Shown here: positions 9,944 through 18,638 of the stretch, piece after piece | How the letters are laid out: every line of letters begins with the position of its first letter | Numbering within the stretch: the first letter of the stretch is position 1 | Source: Comamonadaceae bacterium | Lineage (GTDB): Bacteria; Pseudomonadota; Gammaproteobacteria; Burkholderiales; Burkholderiaceae_C | Direction of reading: 5' to 3' | Assembly (NCBI GenBank): GCA_947451565.1 | Contig: CANFZT010000001.1 | Coordinates: 1-58,688, forward strand | DNA: 58,688 bases | Made by a program: the position numbers and the translations under genes | Notes under the pieces: generated by a model | Told to the model about the DNA's origin: nothing | Databases searched by the model: none | Seen by the model: only the letters and a program-made list of their open reading frames with translations

Positions 9944-9983
9944 CTGAAAGAAACCTGAAATCTCCGTTAAGGCTTTGTTCAGG
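9944..9983. promoter_or_regulatory. Two oppositely oriented 11-bp-spaced direct repeats (OmpR-family operator-like) in the cyc2/napC-like divergent promoter
   Basis: CTGAAA at 9944 and 9955 (TTTCAG on minus strand); TTAAGG at 9967 and TTCAGG at 9978 on plus strand. Confidence 0.5.
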
Positions 9984-9997
9984 AATTCAAGCTAAAA

Positions 9998-10600
9998 ATG
10001 AAAAAATCTAAGGGGAACCTGTTGAGTAAATCAAAATTAAAATGGACAGTTGGCATATTAGGTGTCGTGGGTCTTCTTACACTGGGTGCGATGCTCTTTT
10101 GGGGGATGGCATCCGTTGTTCACCTGACCAACGATACAAACTTCTGCATCAGCTGTCATGAAATGAAAGAAAACAACTTTGCAGAATATTCGCAAACAAT
10201 TCATGCAAAAAACAGAACGGGTGTTCAAGCCAGTTGCTCAGATTGCCACGTACCACATGACACCATTGGCTTATTGAAGCGTAAGGTTTTGGCTGCCAAT
10301 GATGTATGGCACCATCTTTTGGGCACGATTGATACCCCAGAAAAATTTGAACAACGCCGATCTGAACTGGCAAGCCGTGTATGGCAGCATATGAAATCCA
10401 CTGACTCTCAGGAGTGCAGAAGTTGTCATAACGTCCAAGCCATGGATCCTGATGCACAAGGCCCAACAGCGCGAAAACAACACAGGAAAATGCAAAGCGA
10501 AGGAAAAACATGCATTGACTGTCATTACGGAATCGCGCATCACGAACCGAACGACGGCACTGAACCATCGGACATCGTCGTTCTGGAAAAAAATCGCTAA
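9998..10600 (+). CDS. NapC/NirT-family membrane-anchored tetraheme cytochrome c
   Basis: N-terminal TM helix; four heme motifs CISCH(EM), CSDCH(VP), CRSCH, CIDCH(YGIAH). Confidence 0.95.
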   Translation: MKKSKGNLLSKSKLKWTVGILGVVGLLTLGAMLFWGMASVVHLTNDTNFCISCHEMKENNFAEYSQTIHAKNRTGVQASCSDCHVPHDTIGLLKRKVLAANDVWHHLLGTIDTPEKFEQRRSELASRVWQHMKSTDSQECRSCHNVQAMDPDAQGPTARKQHRKMQSEGKTCIDCHYGIAHHEPNDGTEPSDIVVLEKNR

Positions 10601-10602
10601 TC

Positions 10603-11274
10603 ATGCGAATTTTGTTAATTGAAGATGATGCCCCACTCGCTGAAGGCTTGAAGACAGGACTCAAACAGTTTGGCTATTTGGTCGACTGGTTCGACTCAGC
10701 AGAAAAGGCGCAATCGGCAATTCATGGCGAGATTTACGACATTTATCTCATTGATATTGGACTGCCTGGCATTAGTGGATTAGATTTTTTACAAAGAATA
10801 CGACAATCAAATAATTCAACACCTGTACTTATCTTGACGGCGCGCGATGATGTGACGGATTTGGTACGTAGCTTTGACACTGGGGCGGATGACTACTTGG
10901 TCAAACCTTACCGTCTGCCTGAAGTCGTCGCTCGGCTCAAGGCTCTGTATCGAAGAAGACACGCCAAAAGTACATGCATCGTTACACACAACCAATTTGT
11001 TTTAAATAGTTCTACACGTATCGCGACCCTCAATGGCATTGTGATTGATCTCACAAAGCGCGAATGGGAGATACTAGAAATACTTTTATTGGCTTCACCA
11101 GATGTTGTTTCCAAAGATGCCCTGATTCAAAAGTTAATGGGATGGGACAAAGATGTGACGCTCAACAACATTGAAGTTCACATTTCTCGTTTAAGGCAAA
11201 AGCTGGGATCAAATGAAGTCTTTATCAGAACAATCCGAGGCATCGGTTACCGAATTGACGAGCCCAACAACTGA
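10603..11274 (+). CDS. OmpR-family response regulator (QseB/TctD-like)
   Basis: MRILLIEDD, IDIGLPG, LILTARD, GADDYLVKP, IEVHISRLRQKL, IRTIRGIGY. Confidence 0.95.
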   Translation: MRILLIEDDAPLAEGLKTGLKQFGYLVDWFDSAEKAQSAIHGEIYDIYLIDIGLPGISGLDFLQRIRQSNNSTPVLILTARDDVTDLVRSFDTGADDYLVKPYRLPEVVARLKALYRRRHAKSTCIVTHNQFVLNSSTRIATLNGIVIDLTKREWEILEILLLASPDVVSKDALIQKLMGWDKDVTLNNIEVHISRLRQKLGSNEVFIRTIRGIGYRIDEPNN

Positions 11275-12655
11275 CAGCCCCATCAAGTTGCTTGGAAAAA
11301 TTAGTCTGAGGAAAAGACTTTTACTGTTTCTCGTGCCACCACTGATATTGCTACTGACCATCAGTGCGGCCATTGATTACAAACTTGCTCACCAAACCAT
11401 TGATTCTGCATACGACAGCACACTGGCTGATGTCGTGACTGACTTAGAAAGTTTGGTCAGATTCAGTGGGAATCAACCTCACAAACTCGACATTTCACCT
11501 GAAGTTGAAAACTTGATAGAAAGTGACTTACCCGACACGATATTTTTCTGTGTCAGAGATACCAATGGAAACGTACTCGCAGGCGATCCCAATGTGCCAT
11601 CATTTGCATACCCATCGCGTGCGATTCGTTTCCAAGACGGCACTTGGCAAAATTTAGCGGTCCGAATTGCGAGCCATACAACTAAAATTTCCAATCGCGA
11701 AATTCAAGTTACCGTTTTAAAAACAACACTCAGTCGATCAGAAGCTTTGAGAACTTTTCTGAGTGCGATGATTGGCCCCAATTTAATATTCATTGCATTG
11801 ACCTTGCTTTGCGTATGGATCGCAGTTAAAAATGGACTTGCCCCTTTGCACCATCTTGAGTCTGAAATTGCTAAACGCAAGGTCAATGATTTATCTGAGA
11901 TTCAATTTTCAGGAACTTATCCACCTGAAACAAAACCTTTGTTAGACAACCTCAACGAATTATTGAAAGTTCTCAAAAAGTCACAAATTAGCCAACAGCA
12001 ATTTTTAGCCGATGCCGCGCATCAGCTAAGAACACCGCTGTCCTCAGTACAGACAAACATTGAGATTTTTATTAAAGAAAATTCACAATCACCGGATTTA
12101 GAACCCCTCAACAAGGCACTTCAGTCTACAGAGCGGATGGGGCACCTCGTTTCACAGCTACTTGCATATGCGCGGTCTGACTACAGTCGAAGCTTAATTT
12201 ATGAAAAGCAGAAAGTTGCATTCTGCTCTTTACTAGAAAAGGCAGCCTCTACGGTCTTGGATTCAGCCATTGAAAAAAATATTGATTTGTCATTCGATTT
12301 ACATCCTGCGCATGCGATGTGTGTGGAATGGATGCTGTTCGAAGCAACCATCAACTTGATCGATAACGCAATCCGATATACGCCGTCTGGTGGAAGCATT
12401 GAAGTTCGTTGTTTCACCGATGACGGTCGTCCCAGTCTAGAGGTGATCGACAGCGGGCCAGGAATACCTGAAGAGAATCAAATCCAAGTGTTTGATCGTT
12501 TTTATAGACTGCCAGGAGAAACGGGCAATGGTTGTGGCTTGGGTTTAGCCATCGTGCAACAAATTTGCCAATTGCACGCAGCGACAATCACACTTTCAAA
12601 TCAAAAGAATGGGGGACTAGTGGCCCGCATTACCTTTCCTGTGCAACAAAAATAA
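11255..12655 (+). CDS. Sensor histidine kinase (TctE/QseC-like; start approximate)
   Basis: Two TM segments, AYDSTL, FLADAAHQLRTPL (H-box), NLIDNAIRY (N), DSGPGI (G1), FDRFYR, GCGLGLAIV (G2). Confidence 0.93.
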   Translation: MTSPTTDSPIKLLGKISLRKRLLLFLVPPLILLLTISAAIDYKLAHQTIDSAYDSTLADVVTDLESLVRFSGNQPHKLDISPEVENLIESDLPDTIFFCVRDTNGNVLAGDPNVPSFAYPSRAIRFQDGTWQNLAVRIASHTTKISNREIQVTVLKTTLSRSEALRTFLSAMIGPNLIFIALTLLCVWIAVKNGLAPLHHLESEIAKRKVNDLSEIQFSGTYPPETKPLLDNLNELLKVLKKSQISQQQFLADAAHQLRTPLSSVQTNIEIFIKENSQSPDLEPLNKALQSTERMGHLVSQLLAYARSDYSRSLIYEKQKVAFCSLLEKAASTVLDSAIEKNIDLSFDLHPAHAMCVEWMLFEATINLIDNAIRYTPSGGSIEVRCFTDDGRPSLEVIDSGPGIPEENQIQVFDRFYRLPGETGNGCGLGLAIVQQICQLHAATITLSNQKNGGLVARITFPVQQK

Positions 12656-12667
12656 AGGCGTGAAACA

Positions 12668-14023
12668 GTGCAGCCCCGTCCAACAAAGACAGACCTTCAA
12701 ACAGTTCAAAATGTGAGCCTGCTTGAAGCTCTTCGATTCTGGTTCAAGCTTGGGTTCATCAGTTTCGGTGGTCCTGCAGGGCAAATCGCCATCCTGCATC
12801 AAGAGTTGGTAGAGCGACGCCGGTGGCTGTCTGAGCGCCGTTTTTTTCATGCGCTCAACTACTGCATGGTGTTGCCAGGACCTGAAGCGCAGCAATTGGT
12901 CACCTACATTGGATGGCTGATGCACCGACGCTGGGGCGGCGTATTGGCCGGCTCATTGTTTGTGCTGCCATCGTTGGCCATGCTTGTCGTACTGTCTTGG
13001 GTGTACATCGCACTGGGTGATACGCCTTGGGTGACGGGTTTGTTTTTTGGAATCAAGCCTGCGGTCACTGTCATCGTGGTGCAAGCGGCGTATCGCATTG
13101 GTTCCCGTGCGCTGAAGAATCCTGTGTTGTGGGCCATCGCCGCAGCCTCGTTTATGGCAATTTTTGCCCTCCATATGCCTTTCCCACTCATTGTGGGTTT
13201 GGCCGCAGCAGCGGGCTATGCGGGAGGGCGTCTGTCGCCTCACACCTTCCAAGTGGGCGGTGGGCATGCTGCATCCCACGCCTCATACGGCCCTGCGCTG
13301 ATAGATGACCACACCCCCCCGCCCAAACACGCACATTTCAGTTGGGGCGGCTTGGTGCAAGTGATGCTAGCCGGCGCCTTGCTCTGGGCTGTCCCCATGG
13401 GCATGTTGTGCGCTGTTTGGGGTTGGGAGCACAGCTTCACCCAAATGGGTTGGTTCTTTACCAAAGCCGCCTTGCTCACATTTGGTGGTGCCTATGCTGT
13501 ACTGCCCTACGTGTACCAAGGTGCGGTCAGCCAGTTTGGTTGGGTCACGCCCACGCAAATGATGGACGGGTTGGCCTTGGGAGAAACCACCCCCGGTCCG
13601 CTCATCATGGTGGTGGCTTTTGTAGCGTTCATCGGTGGCTATGTCAAAGCGCTGCTCGGGCCTGAGAGTCTGTTGGCAGCGGGGGCATTGGCAGCTTGCT
13701 TGGTCACATGGTTCACCTTCTTGCCCTCGTTCATCTTCATCCTGGCAGGTGGCCCCTTGGTCGAGAGCACACACCGCAACCTCAAGTTCACCGCGCCCCT
13801 GACGGCCATCACCGCAGCCGTGGTAGGTGTCGTGCTCAACCTCGCCTTGTTCTTTGGCTATCACCTCTTGTGGCCCGAAGGGTTTGCAGGGGCGTTCGAT
13901 GTGCGCTCGGCGCTCATCGCCATAGGTGCGGCAGTGGCATTGTTCAAATACAAACGCGGCGTGATGGAAGTCATCGTGCTGTGCGCCTTGGTGGGTTTAG
14001 CGATCAAACTCATCCCTCTTTAA
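12668..14023 (+). CDS. chrA: Chromate efflux transporter (long-chain CHR family)
   Basis: FKLGFISFGGPAGQI, LPGPEAQQ, TFGGAYAV, ETTPGPLIM. Confidence 0.95.
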   Translation: MQPRPTKTDLQTVQNVSLLEALRFWFKLGFISFGGPAGQIAILHQELVERRRWLSERRFFHALNYCMVLPGPEAQQLVTYIGWLMHRRWGGVLAGSLFVLPSLAMLVVLSWVYIALGDTPWVTGLFFGIKPAVTVIVVQAAYRIGSRALKNPVLWAIAAASFMAIFALHMPFPLIVGLAAAAGYAGGRLSPHTFQVGGGHAASHASYGPALIDDHTPPPKHAHFSWGGLVQVMLAGALLWAVPMGMLCAVWGWEHSFTQMGWFFTKAALLTFGGAYAVLPYVYQGAVSQFGWVTPTQMMDGLALGETTPGPLIMVVAFVAFIGGYVKALLGPESLLAAGALAACLVTWFTFLPSFIFILAGGPLVESTHRNLKFTAPLTAITAAVVGVVLNLALFFGYHLLWPEGFAGAFDVRSALIAIGAAVALFKYKRGVMEVIVLCALVGLAIKLIPL

Positions 14024-14026
14024 AAC

Positions 14027-14593
14027 ATGCACACCCTGGAACAACTGCAAAGTGGTGAACTGGCGGGTATTCAACGCTTGCAATTGCGTTGCGGATTGAG
14101 CGAGTTTCCACGCGAAATTTTTGAGCTGGCTGACTCACTGGAAATATTAGATTTATCTGGCAACCAGCTCGTCGCCCTGCCCAATGACCTGCCACGCTTA
14201 CACAAGCTGCGCGTGATTTTTTGCTCGGACAACCCGTTCACTGAACTGCCCGAAGTGCTGGGCAAATGCACACAGCTCAGCATGGTGGGATTCAAAGCCA
14301 ACCGCATTGCGCATGTATCACCCAAGGCTTTGCCACCGCAGTTACGTTGGCTCATCCTCACTGACAACATGCTCGCCACATTGCCTGCAGCGATTGGCCA
14401 ATGCACACACATGCAAAAGCTGATGCTGGCAGGCAACCAACTACACACCTTGCCACCCGAGCTGGCCAACTGCACACACTTAGAGCTGCTGCGCATTTCG
14501 GCCAACCAACTGACTGAGCTGCCAGATGGATTGCTGCAACTGCCACGCCTCACATGGCTGGCGTGCACCGAGCTGGAAGCGTTGATGGCTTAA
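14027..14593 (+). CDS. Leucine-rich repeat protein, probably truncated (no C-terminal kinase domain)
   Basis: Repeated LxxLxLxxNxLxxLP units; ends abruptly 5 bp before the phoX stop. Confidence 0.75.
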   Translation: MHTLEQLQSGELAGIQRLQLRCGLSEFPREIFELADSLEILDLSGNQLVALPNDLPRLHKLRVIFCSDNPFTELPEVLGKCTQLSMVGFKANRIAHVSPKALPPQLRWLILTDNMLATLPAAIGQCTHMQKLMLAGNQLHTLPPELANCTHLELLRISANQLTELPDGLLQLPRLTWLACTELEALMA

Positions 14594-14598
14594 TGCTT

Positions 14599-16509
14599 TT
14601 AAGCGCCCACCACGCCACCATCACGGCGTGCGATAGCGATGATGGACGAACGCGGCACCGCGTCAGTCCCTTGTGGGAAATGCGAGGGGGCCAGTTTTTC
14701 GCCCGGATGCTGAATTCCAACAAACATGGTTTTTTGGTCTGGTGCAAAAGTAATGCCCGTGATTTCGCAAGCCACAGGCCCTACCAAGAAGCGTTTGATA
14801 TCACCCGTTACAGGGTTGGCGCACAACATCTGGTTGTTGCCCATACCTGCAAATTCTTTGACGTTGCTGTAGTCGCCATCTGTTTGAATCCATAAACGGC
14901 CATCCCTGTCAAATGCCAAACCATCAGGGCTGTTGAACATGTTTTCGGTTGTGATGTTCACCGAACCCGCATAGGCATCTTTATGCAAGGCGGGATTACC
15001 TGCCAGCGCAAAAATATCCCATGTGAATTTGGCTGAAGTGTGGTCATTGCCCTGAGGCGTCCAGCGCACAATTTGGCCATATACGTTTTTAGCGCGTGGG
15101 TTAGGACCATTCACAGCTTGGTTAGCTTTCACACCACGGTCACTGTTGTTGGTCAGGGTCACATAAACCTGCGCTTGTGTGGGGTGCGCTGCAATCCACT
15201 CAGGACGGTCCATGGTGGTCGCACCTGCCACAGTGGCCGCCAAACGTGCGTGCACTAAAACATCCGCTTGGTCTTTGAAACCGGCTTCCACGGTCAAGCC
15301 GTTTTTGCCGTGTGTCAGTTCCAACCACTCACCCTCACCTGGGGCTTTGCCTTCCGCGCTCGCGAAACGCGCCACATACAAAGTACCCTCGTCCAGCAAA
15401 TGGCAGTTCGCTGATGCATTCTTGGGATCGAACTTTTTGGCAGACACAAATTTATAAATGTGCTCGCCTTTTTCGTCATCGCCCATATAGACCACCACAT
15501 GGCCATCGCTGTTCACTACCACTTCGGCGTTTTCGTGCTTCATACGACCCAGGGCGGTGCGCTTGATGGGCGTGCTGGTGGGGTCCATCGGATCGATCTC
15601 AACCACCCAGCCAAAACGGTTAGGTTCATTGGGGTTCTTGGCCAAATCAAATCGACCATCGAAGGGGTACCAGTTCAAACCCGCGCCTTTGGCGCTGATG
15701 CCATAGCGTTTGAACGCGGCGTTGTCGGGCAAGCTCTCGACGGTACCAAAATACCCGTTGAAGTTTTCTTCGCAGGTGAGATACGTGCCCCAAGGCGTGC
15801 GGCCATTGGCGCAGTTGTTGAATGTGCCCAAAACCACGGTACCCGTGGGATCGGCTTGTGTTTTCAACAAAGCGCTGCCTGCAGCGGGGCCGCTCAAACG
15901 CATTTCGGTGTTGGCGGTAATGCGGCGGTTCATGCGCGCCTGGGGTTGCAACTTCCAAACGCCAGCGATGCGACGTACCTCAAACACACTCACGCCGTGT
16001 GCGGCTTGCGCTTTGCGTGTGTCTTCGATGCTGCTGCAACGGCCGTTGACAAACAAATACTCGTAGTTGGCGTATTCGTTGTTCACCGCAATGACACCGT
16101 GATCTGTGCCTAGACTGAAGAAACTCATGCCGTCGTTGTTATCGCCGATGGATAAATGTTGACTGATGGCCGTACCGCGTGTGTTGGAATCAAAGGCTGT
16201 ACCGCCAGGCAAGATGGCATCGCCCCACGATACCAACACACGCCACTGATAACCTGCAGGCACGGTGACGGTATCTAAAGAATTGGCAGCAATAGGTGTA
16301 AAGCCAATGCGTGGACCTGCTTGAGCAGTTCCTTTATTCGCTGTGGTGGCTGCATGTGCCAAGCCTTGACCACCCAAAAACAAGCCCATCCCCACCCCTG
16401 CGGCACCCAACAGTTGGCGACGGCTCAACAAGCCATTCACCATTTTGGTGAAATCACTTTCTTCGTGACGTGGGTGGTTATGCTGGTCGTTCTCGTCAAA
16501 GATATTCAT
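14599..16509 (-). CDS. phoX: PhoX-family alkaline phosphatase (Tat-exported)
   Basis: SRRQLL twin-arginine; GTFNNCANGRTPWGTYLTCEENF, KRTALGRMKHE, MDRPEW, SPDGL, CEITG, IQHPG. Confidence 0.95.
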   Translation of the reverse strand: MNIFDENDQHNHPRHEESDFTKMVNGLLSRRQLLGAAGVGMGLFLGGQGLAHAATTANKGTAQAGPRIGFTPIAANSLDTVTVPAGYQWRVLVSWGDAILPGGTAFDSNTRGTAISQHLSIGDNNDGMSFFSLGTDHGVIAVNNEYANYEYLFVNGRCSSIEDTRKAQAAHGVSVFEVRRIAGVWKLQPQARMNRRITANTEMRLSGPAAGSALLKTQADPTGTVVLGTFNNCANGRTPWGTYLTCEENFNGYFGTVESLPDNAAFKRYGISAKGAGLNWYPFDGRFDLAKNPNEPNRFGWVVEIDPMDPTSTPIKRTALGRMKHENAEVVVNSDGHVVVYMGDDEKGEHIYKFVSAKKFDPKNASANCHLLDEGTLYVARFASAEGKAPGEGEWLELTHGKNGLTVEAGFKDQADVLVHARLAATVAGATTMDRPEWIAAHPTQAQVYVTLTNNSDRGVKANQAVNGPNPRAKNVYGQIVRWTPQGNDHTSAKFTWDIFALAGNPALHKDAYAGSVNITTENMFNSPDGLAFDRDGRLWIQTDGDYSNVKEFAGMGNNQMLCANPVTGDIKRFLVGPVACEITGITFAPDQKTMFVGIQHPGEKLAPSHFPQGTDAVPRSSIIAIARRDGGVVGA

Positions 16510-16540
16510 TGTGGCCTCAGATAGAAATAAGCAGAACTTT

Positions 16541-16580
16541 ATGTGCCGTACATGACGAATCTATGACATATAGTTGTCAT
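16541..16580. promoter_or_regulatory. Pho-box-like repeats between divergent phoX and ppx
   Basis: Minus strand TGTCAT/CGTCAT/GGCACAT units at exact 11-bp spacing (plus-strand starts 16563, 16552, 16541); an additional TGTCAT on the plus strand at 16575. Confidence 0.75.
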
Positions 16581-16603
16581 GAATAAACGGTAATATTGTT
16601 TTC

Positions 16604-18112
16604 ATGAAACACGGCACACTTCTCGCAGCCATTGATTTAGGCTCCAACAGCTTTCGACTAGAAATCGGTCGCTACGACCACGGCCAAATTCAACGTGTGG
16701 CCTACCTGAAAGAAACCGTTCGTCAGGGCAACGGTTTAGACGAAAACCGCAACCTCACCGACGAAGCGATGCAACGTGGCTGGGACTGTTTGGCCCGCTT
16801 TGCTGAACGATTGTCTGGTTTTAAAAAATCACAGGTCCGTGCTGTCGCCACCCAAACATTGCGCGAAGCCAAAAATCGTGAGGCCTTTTTACAAAAAGGT
16901 TGTGAGATTTTGGGCTTCCCCATCGAAGTCATCGCTGGCACCGAAGAGGCACGCTTGATTTACCAAGGTGTGGCTCACATGCTGCCTAGCGACAACGAGC
17001 GTCGTTTGGTGATTGATATTGGTGGGCGTTCCACTGAATTGGTGCTGGGGCAAGGCTTAGATGCTACAGAAACCGCATCGTTTCGCGTGGGCAGTGTGGC
17101 GTGGTCCATGAAATACTTCCCCACCGGCGAGTTCACTGAGCAAGCTTTTTACCGTGCCGAGATTGCCGCACAAGCCGTGTTGGAAGAAGCCCTGTCCACC
17201 TACCCTCGTCACCAATGGCACAAGGCCTATGGCGCATCAGGCACCGTCGGTGCCGTGGCCGATATCTTGGCTTTATCGGGGTTTCCTGAAGGTGAAATCA
17301 CCCTAGAAGGTTTGGGCTGGTTAGTGAAATGCTTGGTGCGTGCAGGTCAAGCGAACAAGGTGCAACTCGAAGGACTCAAGGACGATCGCCGTGCCGTGAT
17401 TGGTGGCGGCGTGAGTGTGCTGCGTGCGTTGATGACACTGCTACAAATCGGCACTTTGCATGTGGCACAAGGCGCTTTACGCCACGGTGTGCTGTTTGAC
17501 ATGGTGGAGCGAGAGGACCACGACACTGACACACGCGATTTATCCATCCAACGTTTGGCCGTCAAGTTTGCGGTGGACACCACACAAGGCCAACGCGTGG
17601 GCCGTGTAGCCATTGACTTGCTACAACGCATGAACCCCAAGCTTGATACGGAGAACGCCACACACCTCGATCGGTTGTGCCGCAAACTGAGTTGGGCCGC
17701 ACAGCTGCACGAAGTGGGCGTTGCGATTTCGCACAGCGACTATCACAAGCACGGCGCCTACATCTTGGAAAACGCAGATTTGCTGGGGTTTGGCATGCCC
17801 GAGCTGCACCGCCTGGGCCTCTTGGTGCTGGGTCAACGCGGCAAGCTGAAAAAATTAGAAAGTGAATTAGAGGACGACGAATTTGCCATGATGTTGATGG
17901 CACTGCGTGTGAGCCTAATTTTGTGCCACGCCCGCAAAGATCCTGATGCTGAATCGTTACAGCTGCAATCTGACGAACACAAACACCGCATCACACTGAA
18001 TGCCTCAGAGACATGGGTGCAAGAATTTCCGCAGTCGGCACATTTACTCAAACAAGAAAGTGCCTCGTGGGTCAAGGCCCCGTGGGCCTTTGAATTTGTG
18101 ACGAAACCATGA
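16604..18112 (+). CDS. ppx: Exopolyphosphatase Ppx/GppA
   Basis: AAIDLGSNSFRL, VATQTLREA, EEARLIYQG, DIGGRSTE, ALRHG, HD-like LHEVG...HKHGAYI. Confidence 0.95.
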   Translation: MKHGTLLAAIDLGSNSFRLEIGRYDHGQIQRVAYLKETVRQGNGLDENRNLTDEAMQRGWDCLARFAERLSGFKKSQVRAVATQTLREAKNREAFLQKGCEILGFPIEVIAGTEEARLIYQGVAHMLPSDNERRLVIDIGGRSTELVLGQGLDATETASFRVGSVAWSMKYFPTGEFTEQAFYRAEIAAQAVLEEALSTYPRHQWHKAYGASGTVGAVADILALSGFPEGEITLEGLGWLVKCLVRAGQANKVQLEGLKDDRRAVIGGGVSVLRALMTLLQIGTLHVAQGALRHGVLFDMVEREDHDTDTRDLSIQRLAVKFAVDTTQGQRVGRVAIDLLQRMNPKLDTENATHLDRLCRKLSWAAQLHEVGVAISHSDYHKHGAYILENADLLGFGMPELHRLGLLVLGQRGKLKKLESELEDDEFAMMLMALRVSLILCHARKDPDAESLQLQSDEHKHRITLNASETWVQEFPQSAHLLKQESASWVKAPWAFEFVTKP

Positions 18113-18122
18113 CATATATGAC
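18098..18122 (-). promoter_or_regulatory. Pho-box-like triple repeat overlapping the ppx stop, oriented antisense to ppx
   Basis: Minus strand GTCAT-atat-GTCAT-ggtttc-GTCAC; same architecture as the sites upstream of ppk1 and pstS. Confidence 0.6.
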
Positions 18123-18185
18123 ACTAGGCGGTTTGAATTAAACGATATAAACTGTTTATTCTTTTAAATTTTTCAGGAATCAACA

Positions 18186-18638
18186 GTGAGTACAACCGCT
18201 CAAAAAACCATCGTTCAAGCTGCTGTCAAGTCACGCGCCGTCAAAGCGCCCTTGGTCAAATCTCCTGCTGCTAAGAAGCCCACCCTCAAAAAAATTGCGG
18301 TCAAAAAAGTAGCAACCAAGCCTGTGACCAAGACTGCCGTCAAAAAAGCACCGGTTAAAGCAGCTGCGCCTAAGCCAGTCAAAGCCGTCAAAGTGGCGAA
18401 ACCAGCCAAAGTGAAAAAGCCAAAACTGGTGCGCGACAGCTTCACCATCCCAAAGGATGAGTACGTGGTCATCGACAGCCTCAAGCTGCGGGCTGGCAAG
18501 CTGGGTCAGTCTGTGAAGAAAAGCGAATTACTGCGGGCTGGCATCAAAGCCCTTGCCGCTATGAGCGACATTCAATTTAAAGCAGCTTTGAGCAACGTAC
18601 CGACCATCAAGACCGGTCGTCCCAAGAACTCGAAGTAA
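18186..18638 (+). CDS. Lys/Ala/Pro-rich histone-like protein with a compact C-terminal domain
   Basis: N-terminal low-complexity KAP/KKP repeats; C-terminal KLVRDSFTIPKDEY...VKKSELLRAGI...KTGRPK. Confidence 0.8.
   Translation: MSTTAQKTIVQAAVKSRAVKAPLVKSPAAKKPTLKKIAVKKVATKPVTKTAVKKAPVKAAAPKPVKAVKVAKPAKVKKPKLVRDSFTIPKDEYVVIDSLKLRAGKLGQSVKKSELLRAGIKALAAMSDIQFKAALSNVPTIKTGRPKNSK

Noticed and set aside
9998-10600. Calling this napC of a nitrate reductase operon
   Set aside because: No napA/napB/napD or nirS nearby; only the family assignment is supported
15460-16113. 217-aa plus-strand ORF
   Set aside because: Lies wholly antisense to phoX, with no motif; typical shadow ORF
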